From contig OZ024749.1 of NCBI GenBank assembly GCA_964016885.1, positions 49,290,001-49,354,000 of the forward strand: DNA of 64,000 nt, in the 5' to 3' direction. The first letter of the stretch is position 1. Every line of letters begins with the position of its first letter. A program made the position numbers and the translations under genes. The notes beneath the pieces were generated by a model, which was not told the DNA's origin, did no database searches, and worked only from the letters and a program-made list of their open reading frames with translations. Positions 1 to 15,434 of this stretch are shown piece after piece. The DNA comes from Eledone cirrhosa (lineage: Eukaryota).

Positions 1-2174
1 CTATATACATCAGCTTGATACGTTTCATATAACATGGCTGTTTTATATTGCTTTATAATGTAATTAAAGTTTTGAAATTATCACCCTCTTAATATATTAT
101 GTCAACGATTATGATAATGTTAGCGGCATCATATTTATAGGTATTCATAGTATTCATGGTATTTTAAAAATATTTCCTAAGTACTATACTTAATTTCCGT
201 TTGTAAAAAGTTTGCATAAACACATCATTTACTTATCTAAGTTAAATTATATTTAGTAACCAATGGTAAACTTCAGGCGTTCATTTAGTAGCATAATTGA
301 TCTTAATGTAGCCGTATTTAGTATATATACAGGCAAGTGTGTATTTAATGGTCTTGAATTAATGTATGATATTTTTGTTTTCAAACAATAGCATTAAACT
401 TGTAGCTCACGAATATAATCTTTATCAGCTTCTACACACTGCCGAATGGTTCATTGGCGTTTAAGCTACACAACATTTACATTAGTGTCAATAACCTCGT
501 GATGACGTTCAGCATTCAGATAAATACTATAATGAGCCGAAGAGATATTCCCTACATTTTATAACTGAATATAACGAAATGGTATCAGTTTAACATGATG
601 GTAAAGCCTTGTCACAGACGAAAATCCATGGATCGCCACACGTTCTCGTTAGTACCGACCTTACAATTTGGTTTCCATGTAGAAAGTTTAGCGAGCAATT
701 TGGCATCCTGTATTTATACATATGTATGTCATCATTTGATAAAACTCTAATAGATCAAGTAATTATATGCTAAATATTAGAAATGATACTTGTAATATAT
801 TGAGTTAATGTTGGTGTCAACTTAGTGATCAGGTCACTTATGTAATTGATTTCTAAAGTCAAACTTTCAAAAAATGTTCACCACTCAAACATATATCAGA
901 ATTTTATTGATTTTATTAAAATGAAATATTTCACAGCCTACACATATAGCAAATGACTAAAGGTCGGAGAGCAGCTCCTTGTGTTTGTTTATATGATTTT
1001 GTATACATTTGTATATATTATATAAAGTTAATTAAAAATGACACGTTTTGTAAAGCCGTTCAGTTTTTTGTTCTGCTGCCTCTTTATTAAATCTAATTCA
1101 GCGACTTCAAAATTACTTGATATTTGTGTTTTGCTTTTTCTTCTATTCAAAACAAAAATTGTAGCTAGAAAATAATTTTAAAAAAAAGCATAAACTTGAG
1201 ATATTTATGTTTTACTATATATTCTAGGTTTAATTTAATCAAGAATAGTTTGGTCTGCTAACTCATGTGAACACGCGTAAACATGGGTATACACATGTAC
1301 ATACACACAAACAAACAAGCGAACGATACACACGTTATGGTAATGTGTATATAAGTTACTAGAGGTGAACAATACCAAAAAATATTTGCTTGAAATAGCA
1401 ACATAAACTAACACGAAATTCCATCGTATTCTCTTTAAAAAAGTTTACACTCAATAAAATAATACTAGATTTACTATGCCTGCAAATTTTGATATATAAT
1501 GTAATAGGAATAATGGAAAAGACGTTACACTTATGACAATTAAATCAACACCGTACACGTTCTAAACCACAGCTACACCAAAACGAAAGGTACACTGATT
1601 TGATGGCATGGCATATATGATTGGGCACAATGTTAAATGTCAGCTTTATAAAATAACTAACAATAATAAACGAACACTCCCATGCAAATAGCGTAATAAC
1701 ATAATATGAAAAAAAGAAAACACGAACTCAATTCAAAGACAAATGTTTACAATTTTATATTTACAAATAAAATATCTGTTTTGAATATTTTGTATTTCAG
1801 TTATATTGATTACTCCTTCTGAATGCAAAATATTTCATCCTACGTAATACAAAGAGATTTGAATTTTAAAAATATTTGCATTCATTTAATCATTGTATGT
1901 CAACAGGAATATTGTAGTAAGCCGTTGGAATCGTGAGAAAAAATCTTATGTTTTGATTTCAATTTAAATTATTATTTACATTTTTTTTTTGCATATTTCA
2001 ATAGATTGTATTAATGAATACACTACCACATACTGTGTGTTCCTAGGAATATGAAACGATTTACCTAGACGCACTGATATACGTTTTCACACACATACAC
2101 TGACGCATGCATGCTGAGTACCAAACAGATTCAGAAACGCACACACACAGACGCGCACACACACGCACCCACGC

Positions 2175-2223
<49 letters not shown>

Positions 2224-2810
2224 AATGATCGTTCTTTGGCACTACTGGCAGCAAGTAAGGCATTATATTCGGTTGCACCGTTAAATCATCAGTGAGATGG
2301 GCTCACCAAGGGAGATATGGATTGAATCTATACATTATACCGTAAGTGACACAATGCATTCCTCTATTTATATTAAGACTGACTGCTGATGTGACCAAGT
2401 ATGGCATAGCCCTGATTACAATATTTGCAAATCAAAAGGCCTCTAGCTGCCCCCCGTGTGAAACTATCAAATGACCTATTTTTTTGCGTACATCGTCACA
2501 CGTGTCACAGCAAAATTGTCTTTCTCGGCCCATCCCCGAAGTACTTTCTTGAAAGTTTGATATACACTTGTAATGAAAATGACAACGTCACAGTGTTGCT
2601 GATAGGGGCTGAATGTGTTTTAATAATTGTCTTGGGGCTTCTAATAAATCAGTCGTTCTCGTCAATGTATGTCAAGCAGTATATTCTTAAATGATTAAAA
2701 TGTTACTTTCTCAAATGTCATTATTTTGAGAATAGGAAGCGTTCAAACGGGATTTAATGTACGAGAAAATAATTTAAAGTAAAACAAACACACACACATA
2801 TATATATATA

Positions 2811-3194
<384 letters not shown>

Positions 3195-4104
3195 ACGTAC
3201 TTAGAGCAGGTTAATGTGTATTTGATTAGCTGAATGCTTTTATTTTTAATATTAACATTGCTAGTTTATCTCAGGGATGTAGAGTTCGTCTCTAAAGTAT
3301 TACTATCTACATGCATGCATGCATTTGTTTAAATTTTGCGTTCGAAATATTTTGTTTGTTTGACATATATGTGTGAGAATGTACGCAAAAGGGAATGACT
3401 TTAATGAAACTACGTAAAGAATTGCTACGATTTACATATTAAAATAAAGTTGAATTTTAATCAAATGTTTGTGAATATAAAGTCAAATTTCTTTTTCGTT
3501 AATTCTCCTTCTTCTTTTCCATTTATATTTTGTTTCGTGTAACAATTAATCTGCGTCTCGCAAAAGACGACAAATAAACTAATAAAATTGCAAAAATTAT
3601 AATTCCGTTAAAATACAAGTTAAAAGTAAATACTAAATAACATTTCTTTCAGTTAATAACATTTTAGTTCGACACAAAATTAGTATTTAAAAATATAGAA
3701 AAGTTAATTCAAAATTTCAAAAACAACATAATATCTCTAAACTAATACAATGTTATAGATATGAAATTAATGCAGATTATAAAAAAATCATACATATAAT
3801 ATATTAAGTGTCATATCATTTGCTACTACCATAAAATCAATATACCTGCTGCAATGTATTAAATATGCCCAGGTTTTACACTTAAACAATCTCGAACCAT
3901 TCAACTCGATTTGTATCGGTTAGCCTAACACTTTGAAAATAATTATATTCGCTACTTCTGCTGCTGCTACTTCTATTTTAAAATATAAATAGCAATTATT
4001 ATATTGGATTATTTTTTTAATATATGTATTTTTATTTAAATGGCATATGTATGCTTTTCTCATAACCATTCCATGTTACATTGATATATCATGTCATATC
4101 TTAA

Positions 4105-4154
<50 letters not shown>

Positions 4155-4252
4155 ATATATATATACATATATATATATACATATATATATATACATATAT
4201 ATACATATATATATACATATATATACATATATATATATACACACACATATAT

Positions 4253-4415
<163 letters not shown>

Positions 4416-6903
4416 TATATTCCACTGACTCACATAAAATCTAGAATCCGACCCACTTATCCTACCAAGACTGATGGAAGAAATATAACTAAGCGAATCC
4501 ATCTATATTGAGCAGAATCGTGTTGAACTATTAATGCCACATGCAGTAATATGCAGAACCTTTAAAACCCCTAACATAGTTAAATCCTCCCTACCTACGA
4601 GTTGGGAAATAATAACGGAATCTAGCTGGCTAATGACTTGTTGAGTACTAGCTATGCAGGAAAAGATCAAATTGACAGATTAGGGGCTATAGGCAATTTT
4701 GAAAGGAATGTTACACGACTACACCTTATTCGATATCCGTTAGGCAAATATAGAAGACGTCTGTGAAGAATGTTATTGTATAGTTATCAAATGCGAGAAG
4801 ATATAAATTAAAATGGAATATTGAAGAGCAACTGATGACACAAAATAAATGTTATATTCTAGTGAAAGGCATACGTCCTTGTTGAGGTTGCATGTAAAGA
4901 GATAAACATTATTTGGCAAGGCAGAAATAGCGGTCAAAATTCAGAATTGATAATATGTAATTGAATAAAATAATCTGAATTTATAATGCCGCATCAGTGA
5001 AAGTATCTGTATGTGGAAACTCCACATGTTAGATGTGGTAGGGAAATCAGAAAATTCTTGTCTTAAATAAGGATGTATCGAACAACATATTCAATGGTAT
5101 GTAAATGCCTAATTGGTCATCACTGCAACGTATTTGAACATAGACTCCTTCGATGAATGATCACTCTGAGCTAATGAAAATTATCAATAATATAAAAAAA
5201 AAATGTATCTCTATCGATATGATTTGAGTGCGTATATCAAACGTATGTTGCAAACTTGTCTGATTTCATAAATGTATTAGCAGTAGTGTAGATTAGAAAG
5301 TATTCTAAGGCAAATAGTGAACAGACAGCAGCCAACAATGATATAAAGACAAATATTGAAAAACCTACAATGAAATTATGCACTAAACAGAACAAATGTA
5401 AAAATGTAATATAGTTACAAAATATGTCGTTGAGGGCGGTGCATAATTAATATTTGCAAATGTGTGCAAATTGAATGGAACATTTAACTCGTATATAGAA
5501 AGTAGTTTTTCTCCCAAGAAACTACTACATATTCATAATGAACTGAAATATCAATGAAGTGAAATAATAACAGCAAAATCTGCGTACCTCTCATTAATTA
5601 GTTACTGTTCATAATACTTACAGAGGTGAGTTGTACCTTTCAAAAGTACATATTTCTAGTTAAGTAATATGAATTTAAATGTATTGAACCAGTAAATTAA
5701 TTAAATATAATACCCAGACATTTATCGAACCATATAATAATTGCTGCATATGAAAGATTATTAATTTAAGTGGTAGCTAATCAAATTATGTTACAGTCTT
5801 GATTTAAATTGTACATAACATACGGTTCCCTGTCGTATCTCCCATATTCATCTTAATTTTTATTTTCCTGTCTCATTTTATCAAATTGATACACCATTTC
5901 TCACGCTGTTTCTATCTCTCTTTATCCCATAATGGCTACAAAAAATAATACATTTTAAACCTGAGAAACAGTAAAATTATTTCCAAACAATATAGCATCA
6001 TCGCCAATGGTGCGAAAAATGTTTCAGTGCTTTAGCTGCAAGAATAATTAATATATCTTAGAAAAATGGCCACGTTTAAAATGAAGTGATAGAACCCGTA
6101 AAAGTAATAATATTATATCGATTTCTTGATGTAATGTACACGAAATTCCATCAGTTCATATGTCGTGGTAGGGAAAGGCAATCCAACCCCTCGGAGGCTA
6201 TCCCTTTGTTTAAATGTGTGAATCGGTGAATTCTGATGGAAGAATAATTCCTAAAAACAGGATTCTTCTCCAAAGGATCTTCACTCCATCAAATCATCAT
6301 CACGATAGTCCCTATCGGCTTATTCGAACAACCGGCTTTACATTTAAAAAAACCCAGTGTGATTATCAATTATCTTATGAGTATATACATGTTTATTTGT
6401 GTTATAAAATAATATACAAAGGATTGGAGAAAAGTCGACTATAACATATGCAGAGATTTAAGAAAGGTAATTTTGATCTGTGTGAACCTCATGATAAAGA
6501 CAACAAAAGCAGCGCCAAGACAACATACTCTTTAATTTTCTTCAGTTGGAAACCAGACGTTAAGTGCGAGGAAGTTACCGAATAAAATCCCATGACAATA
6601 AATCTTAAAGTTAGAATACCTTTCACATTGATCTATAATAAAATAATAATAATGTTAACAACAAATAATAGATCTTAATTTTCCAACGGTCATTATGGAA
6701 GAAGTTATTCATTCACCGTATAACTCCACGAGAAAATTTTTCAATAAAATGTGAAGACTTATTCACAATATTTGAACAAAAGATACTGGACAGACAATCA
6801 AAGAGAAATACATGGTTACACATCAGACAAACACATGTACACATCTATATACATATCACGCACACACACATCTATATAGACATATACGCACACCCACACA
6901 CAA

Positions 6904-6972
<69 letters not shown>

Positions 6973-6975
<3 letters not shown>

Positions 6976-7168
6976 CGAAGGAAATGTGGTAAGTTACCAG
7001 GTGGACCATAACGCACCGAAGTACTCAATACTTAGGGTAGTAGAGTGGGTAATAGGAACGAGTAGGACCCCGACGCCTGTGCTCAAGCCGTTTCGACGGC
7101 TAATTCTGGACTAGTTCAGAATTAGCCGTCGAAACGGCTTGAGCTCAGCCGTCGGGGTCCTACTCGTT

Positions 7169-7172
<4 letters not shown>
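6973..7172 (-). mobile_element. Family A asymmetric palindrome
   Basis: Tailed arm on the left, centre ~7110-7116, short arm ends TTCCTA at 7172. (TA)n on both sides. Confidence 0.75.
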
Positions 7173-7234
<62 letters not shown>

Positions 7235-7251
7235 CACACACGCATATACAC

Positions 7252-7282
<31 letters not shown>

Positions 7283-7321
7283 ACGTATATATATATATAT
7301 ATATATATACACATACACGTA

Positions 7322-7352
<31 letters not shown>

Positions 7353-7445
7353 CACACACACATATATATATATATATATACCATATAGATATATATATAC
7401 ATCACAAACACACACACAGATTTGTACAGATATACACACACACAC

Positions 7446-7500
<55 letters not shown>

Positions 7501-7950
7501 TGTGTGTGTGTGTGGGTATGTGTGTGTGTATATGTATATACTCAAACATATATGTATATAATATACGTAATTTTAATTACACATATGAAGTTCGCATCTA
7601 CAATTGCATAAAAGAATAGGTTAACCGTGCCACAATACCAAATTGCTTATAAAGTATTTTTCTTAATGGGATTGGTTCCTCTAAGCAAAACGTAATGAAG
7701 CCATAAAAGACAATTCATATAGTAATCAATTGATATTATATCGGTAGGTTCACACATGGCGACAAGTTAAAGTATTGAAATGAATGTTTCTAGTCGATCT
7801 AAAATTTAGTGGCTCTGTTGCATGAAAGCTTTCTGGGAGGACTTTATGAAAATAAATGATATATAAATAACCCACAAACGTATACACACGCACATATATG
7901 TATACACACACACACACACATAATCATACATACATATATATATATATATA

Positions 7951-8280
7951 GTGTAGATAAATCTACCAAGAGTTTACGGTAGTGTCCAATCCGTATGAAG
8001 AACTCAATATAATCCGGATATCATGTAAAGAAGAGATGCATTCAAAAATCACTTTCGGTGACAGATAAACGGAATACAGATAAGAGTCAAGATAAAATAT
8101 TTAAAAAATAATGAATAAAACAATGAAACAGATTTTCACGGAAATATTCGTATTTTTGTACTGCTGTTGAATATGCATACCAATTCTAACACATACATGT
8201 CCTAGAAACGATCGTTAAATAATGAACTTTTTTTGTTTAATATAAGGAACTGTTTCATTGTTTTATTCATTATTTTTTTT
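7951..8280 (-). mobile_element. Family D decayed asymmetric palindrome
   Basis: AAAAAATAATGAATAAAACAATGAAACAG (8103-8131) is inverted at ~8250-8279, with an extra tail at 7951-8102. Flanked by (TA)n. Confidence 0.45.
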
Positions 8281-8285
8281 ATATG

Positions 8286-8363
<78 letters not shown>

Positions 8364-8371
<8 letters not shown>

Positions 8372-8460
8372 ATCATTGGGGAGGGTCATATTGTAATAAT
8401 ATTGTAGAAATAATCACAGAACCCACTCATTGTTTGGTTAGTTTTCGCTTCTGTATCTGT
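8364..8460. mobile_element. Diverged family E-related arm
   Basis: ATATTGTTATCATTGGGGAGGGTCATATTG resembles the start of the 15243 element. Lies between (TA)n tracts. Confidence 0.45.
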
Positions 8461-8461
8461 A

Positions 8462-8557
<96 letters not shown>

Positions 8558-9653
8558 TGTATGTATGTATGTATGTATGTATGTATGTATGTATGTATGT
8601 ATATATATATAGGTATAGGTATTATAAGATCAAGTTACTGTTGGTTAACCAAAGCGAGTACTTGGGCCTAATCTTCAGTATGTAGTGTATATGGGGTTGT
8701 ATTTATCTATAATGGATGTCAGTTCACGAGAAATATAAAACCATGTCTGACAAACAATGTGTTTTGGTGGTTGTAAACTGTACAGTGGATATTAAAGCTT
8801 CTTCGTGACTTGAACATAACGATGATATATTTTTGAGGTTTGAAAGTACGAATGAATGAATCATTCATGCAACACAGAGAGGAGCTCTTCACATAACATT
8901 TCTGCGTTACAACAGTAAGTTTTCCTCATGCGCAAAGTAATAATAGTTTCACCATTGTTAGTTTTTCAAGATCACCCCGTATGTCCATGTTCATGTATGA
9001 TTTCCCCTAGTATTTTATCAAATAATCTGAAAAATCAATCTCTGCGAGCCATATGTCCCTTTGTGCAAATTTACCTATATTAAGTTTTGTTATGCCTATA
9101 TATCAACTTCTTCAGATATGGAAGTTCATTAAAACGAAGGATTGTGGATACTTGTTAAATATTATTAAAGATTTGATATATGTTGGAATCTTTAATAGAT
9201 CATTAAATGTCCCTTCCCTCAATTACTATATCTGCCTTATTAGATTTAAGCCATAATTGGATCTATGTGTTGTTATAGTTTATATTGGAACAAAGGACCA
9301 GTTTATCAAATTATAGAATTCCTTTAAATTCTCTCTGTCCGTTGGTCCCGGCATATAATTTGTAAATTCTGCCTACCAATTCTCTTGCATGTAATGAAGT
9401 TAACACTTGCCCTTAGCATGTTAGTCTGATATATATATATAGAAAGACAGTTTTCTCTCTCTCTCTATATATATATATTCAATTAATATAGGTGATCTAA
9501 AGAAGAAGTGATTGATACCATATTAATGTTGATTCTGTATCTTGTTATAATGGAGATTTGATTTCCCAACCAGCCGAGCTCTAGTCAAAGAAAAACTATT
9601 TCATACTGACAGAGGAAGTGGCTGCACTCAGGGAAAAATGAATAAGCCTTACT

Positions 9654-9833
9654 TAATTGTTTCTACTTTTGGCACAATGCAAGTGTATTACTGGTACTTT
9701 ATTTTATTGAGCCCGTAAGGATGAAATTCAAAGCTAAATTCGGCGGGATTTATTCTCGGACCATAAAGGGCCGTAACATTTTGCTGCAAAGCATGGCGTC
9801 AGAAACTCTACCAATACTGCAAATCCACCGCCC
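9654..9833 (-). mobile_element. tRNA-derived SINE (octopod-type)
   Basis: Diverged copy of the 26161/44949 family. ~19-bp TSD TGAATAAGCCTTA(C/A)TTAAT at 9639 and 9850. Confidence 0.8.
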
Positions 9834-11712
9834 TTTCATCCACCACCCTTGAATAAGCCTTAATTAATGATAGATATACACGTGGTTATGTGATATTACT
9901 TGGGAGTAATTTTTATAATTGTGTGTGTAAAAACGTGAAACCCGGAGTTGCAACATTGGTCGTTTTTAGCTTTAAGCAATTGAATATTTGAAATTCTCAA
10001 CCACGATACATACGCAGGGAAGCACACATACATACACAGCAATATATAGTTATACATATATGTGTATATGTGTGTATTTGAACAATTGCGGTTGTATGTG
10101 TAAGTGCGTGTGTGAATAATCAATTACATGAATTTTCTAAGAATCAAGTCGCCAAAAGCGGAAAGTTCTAGAGAGAGACTATAAACGAAAAAAAAAAAAA
10201 AGAAAGGACATTCTAGCTATATCATTTAAATCTACTACAAGTCTCTCATTTCAGAATGTGCAGAGGTTATTGATTTTTAACATTCTCCTTCTCTATCAAA
10301 GTGATAAACTCACAGATAGACAAAAGCAATACGGGAAATTCTCCGCCTGATTTATTAACTTGGGCTTTTCGACATTATTATGACATTTGTAGAACTTTTG
10401 ATTTTTGATTGACGTGAATACAACTCTACATTACAATGAGTGTTTTGCCACATAAACCTTTTTATTTTAATATATACTCTCTTTATACCATATAAGCTTA
10501 TATATATATATATATATATACAGAGAGAGAGAGAGAGAGGGAGAGAGAGAGAGAGAGAGAGAGAGGGTGGGATAGAGATAGATATATATATATATATATA
10601 GATGGACAGATAGATGGATAGATAGGTAGATAGATGTTAATGGAGATTCATACAGAGACAGAAAGAGAGATGGAGAGAGTTGAGAGAGAAGAGGTATGAG
10701 AGAAGGAGGGATAGTGATAAATAAGAGAGAGTTAGGGACACATATAAATGAGAGACTGGGTGAGAGAGTGGTGGAAGAGAGGTAATAGGGAGAGAGAAAA
10801 TGAGAGAGAAAGAGGGGAGAGAGGTGTTTTAGATACTCAGAAACTTGCATGCATAGATGTGTATCTGCACAACTATATATTATGCCCATATTACTAATAC
10901 TACTTTAGACGTATCCACTTGAAAAATTAGAATAGGCATAGAATAAAAAATAATTCCGTTTGAATGAATATATCTAATCCACAAATCATTCTTTTATAAT
11001 GTTTTTTTTCACTCGTCACTTGACAACCAACAAATTCTGAAAGCCGGGATATCACTAAGACGAAATAGTGATTTGGTATTTTTTTCTAGCGACAGATATA
11101 TACATATTTATACATATACACATATATACACACCCCTACACGCATATAAATGCATATATATTCATATACATACATATACATACACTCATATATATACACG
11201 TATACATACATATATACATACCGACATATTTACATATATACATATATACGTATATAAATACACACATATTCATATATATATATATATAAACACAACTATG
11301 TGTGAGTTTGTATGTGCATGTGTATGTGATAAGATGATGTGTATGTGATAAGAAGATGACGGCTTCTCTTCCTTACGTGACATATACACCTTTCACACTG
11401 ATATTGAGCTATAGTGAGTTATGATATTTCTTACGATATATTCTTTGTCAAATTGATGAGGTAACTGCTAAATCAGAATTCCTGACAGGAACATTGTCAA
11501 AGAAGATAAATATTGAATATTCTTGACAGAATTCCATTCCGAATATATTCTATATTCTATCTGACACCAAATCAAAACTTCCAGTATTATTTTCAAATAA
11601 TAATGTTCGATTACAGAGATGAAATTCATCAACCTTATTACTCATAAAAGCAAAATTGAAACGTAAATCCGAGATATTGGTTCACTGTTGGAGAATGTAA
11701 CAATGCATGTTT

Positions 11713-11840
11713 CAAGGTTAGCTTCCCTTTCATCTTTACGGATTCGATAAAATAAAGTACTAGTAACGTACTAGGGTCGATTTAATCGACATTCCCCTCC
11801 CGATACCCTGTTGGCCATGTGCCTGAATCAGAAACCATTA
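11713..11840 (+). mobile_element. SINE 3' part, long subfamily
   Basis: CCTTTCATCTTTACGGATTCGATAAAATAAAGTAC...GGTCGATTTAATCGAC...GGCCATGTGCC...AGAAACCATTA. Confidence 0.65.
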
Positions 11841-13449
11841 TGTAGATGATCGTATCCGTGACTTTAACATGTAGTTTCGAAGTTTTATGGTAAGACATAC
11901 AACGATATGTGCAACAACCCATAGATCCTAATATGAGAAGCGAAAAGAACTACATAAAAAGAGGCAAAATGAGCTAAAGATTTATATGATTGCCATATAT
12001 ACTTCGAAAACTAATAGATGCATTGGATAATTTTAGGATATTCAATAGGGAAAGTGCATATTGTTCTCTCTAGATAGAAACATGAAGGGTTTTATTACTT
12101 AATAAAACATGAAAGGTTGGAACAAATGAAATGTCGAAGTCCCCATTAATTCTGTAATTCTTTCATCTAGGAATATCTTATTAAAACATTGCGATTGAAA
12201 ATATTGTTGGATATAAAAAAAGCAGGTAGGCTCAATGAAGATAATGAGAAATGTGTGTATAAATGTGATTCCGTGTCTGTGTGTATGTTTGTGTATGTTT
12301 GCATGTGATAATGTATGTACGTATGTATGTTTACGTGTGTATGTAGTTGCACGTATGGATGTGTAACTTTGTGTACGTATGTTTTTGTACGTGTATATAT
12401 GTGTTTGTAATACTGTGTGTGTTAGTATATTCGTGCATACCAATCAGTATGGGTCTGTGTTCTTCATGTGTATATTCTAAAATGAGTTTTACGATATTGA
12501 AATTATATTGGTGCCTACTGAGTAAGTCATGAGCTAACAAAGGTTCACTTTAGTCAAAACGGTTGCTACCCACAAATCTTATTTGGTAAAATGTTATGTT
12601 ACTTCTACACATGAAATTAACTTATATAAATAGAAATCAGTATATGTAGTCCTTTAATAGATTGATTCATTTTGATTGTCAAGTTTTTATTTGATATGCA
12701 GAAAGTGAGAACATATATTTTCCATTCAAAATACATTCAAATTAGGAAAAAATAATTACATTGCTTCAGCATATTTCATTCATAATATTGGAATAGCCTT
12801 CCCTTATCTTTCAGCTTTCTCATTTCTTTGGATACAATTTAATTTGATATGATGATGTTATGCGATATTGCGTAATTCTGACGCTGTTCTTCGTAAAATG
12901 AGCTTTAACATTCAGAATATATTAGAACATTATGCAGTAATATTAACTCTTTTCACTGCTAATATACGAAATCATTTTACATTTCAAATGCAATTCTTAT
13001 TTTAGAAAATAGTGACCATCATAATACCTGAATGTATGTTCCTCTAACAAAATGTCTTCCATGTAATAAAAAAAAGGTTTCATACGAAATACGAAGGAGA
13101 GATTTGTTGTTTTGAAAGTAAGGGCTAAAAGAACCACACACAACGTCTTTGATTAGTGATTGTAAATAACACAAATAGGACTACGTGGTGAATAACACCT
13201 ATATATACTTCAGAACGAAAGCATAAAACTGCAGTATTAATTCACACATATTGGCCTCGATACACACAAGAATAAGCGAAAACGAAATTCAGATTATATA
13301 CATGACAAGTGCTAAATCAGCCTATTACGACAACAGCAATGTGTGGAGAATAATTACAGTCCTCATTTGACTGCTGTGAAACAATGTACTTCTCTGTACC
13401 ACACATGGTATTTAGATATGCGAGATATAGAATATATATAAATGCAAGG

Positions 13450-14138
<689 letters not shown>

Positions 14139-14333
14139 GACAAAGCTAATTGACATCCCACTAATATTTTCACCGAATATGCCCTAAGAAATCATGAACA
14201 TGAGACCTCCTATGATGTGCAATATATTTGTTTTGTATCGATCTCATTTTAAGTTTTGGGACCCAGTATGAGATAAGCTGCCACTCTTTGAAGAGAACAG
14301 TATGTTGTTATATATATATATATTTATTATTAT

Positions 14334-14417
<84 letters not shown>

Positions 14418-14647
14418 TCATTTAGCTACTTTTCTGTGCGTATGTCCTCTCCAGTATATTGTTTATTTACTTACGTTACATTACGGATTTTGTGGCAATA
14501 AGAAGATAAAACTAACACGACGGGAATTAATCTTCGATCCAACAGGGAAGCCACCTTTATCAAGCTACCTAGGTTACAGCCAGTGGTTTCCATAATTATA
14601 GTCTCGGAATTTTTATTATTGATTGTATATACTGAATTATATATATA

Positions 14648-14873
14648 TTTGCTCGCCACTGTTGGCGGAGCAAGGAAGAAATAGCAGGTGATGTGTTGTT
14701 ATGGAGTCCATCTCATGGAGCAAGAAACGCGGGTCGTCCCAAGAAGACACACGTCAAGCAACTTGAGGACGATACTGGATGCGCTGCGGAAGAACTGGCA
14801 AACGCTATGAGAGAGTGATGGTTGGAGGAAATGTGTCGTAGAAAGCAGAACAAACTCGACCTGATGTTGATGA
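14648..14873 (+). mobile_element. RTE-clade LINE 3' end (5'-truncated)
   Basis: Translates FARHCWRSKEEIAGDVLLWSPSHGARNAGRPKKTHVKQLEDDTGCAAEELANAM, then after a frameshift DGWRKCV. This matches the RTE ORF C-terminus (xGH..R, GRP, W motifs). Ends in a (TGA)n-like tail. Confidence 0.85.
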
Positions 14874-14900
14874 TATATCTCTCTCTCTATATATATATAT

Positions 14901-15144
14901 AGTTATGTAATAAACAGCATAAGATAATTATTTCATTAACAAGTGGTTTCTTGAAAGCAAAAGAAATTTGCTTTCAGTCATCAGAATGAAAACATCCTGA
15001 TGACTGAAAACAAATTTCTTTTCCTTTCAAGAAACCACTGGTAAATTAAATACTTATCTCATGTTGTTTATTACATAACTATTAAGCTCTGTAACCTACA
15101 TAGAGCACTCTCCTTTCCCGGACTTTTCCGACGGAATTACTTCA
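14901..15144 (+). mobile_element. Family B asymmetric palindrome (pLTR remnant of the Naiad-type PLE at 35.8-39 kb)
   Basis: Arms ~14901-14985 and ~14996-15080 are inverted, followed by a tail at 15081-15144. Arm and tail are homologous to the reverse complement of 35817-35970. Confidence 0.8.
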
Positions 15145-15168
15145 TTCAGACACACACACACACACACA

Positions 15169-15242
<74 letters not shown>

Positions 15243-15250
<8 letters not shown>

Positions 15251-15371
15251 ATACTTTGGGAGGGTCATGTTGGCAATAAGTATTGGCAACATGACCCTCC
15301 CAAAGTATAACAATATCGGTTTCAACACACGATTTCAGATAAAGAATCTTGCTAAACAAATTCAGAAACGA
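15243..15371 (+). mobile_element. Family E asymmetric palindrome
   Basis: Near-perfect 36-bp arms centred at 15279-15280, with a tail at 15317-15371. (TA)n on both sides. Confidence 0.7.
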
Positions 15372-15387
15372 AATATATATATATATT

Positions 15388-15434
<47 letters not shown>

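Noticed and set aside
14302-14340. GTTGTTATATAT..ATTTATTATTATTACTAT resembling the family F tail end
   Set aside because: Too low in complexity to separate from chance.
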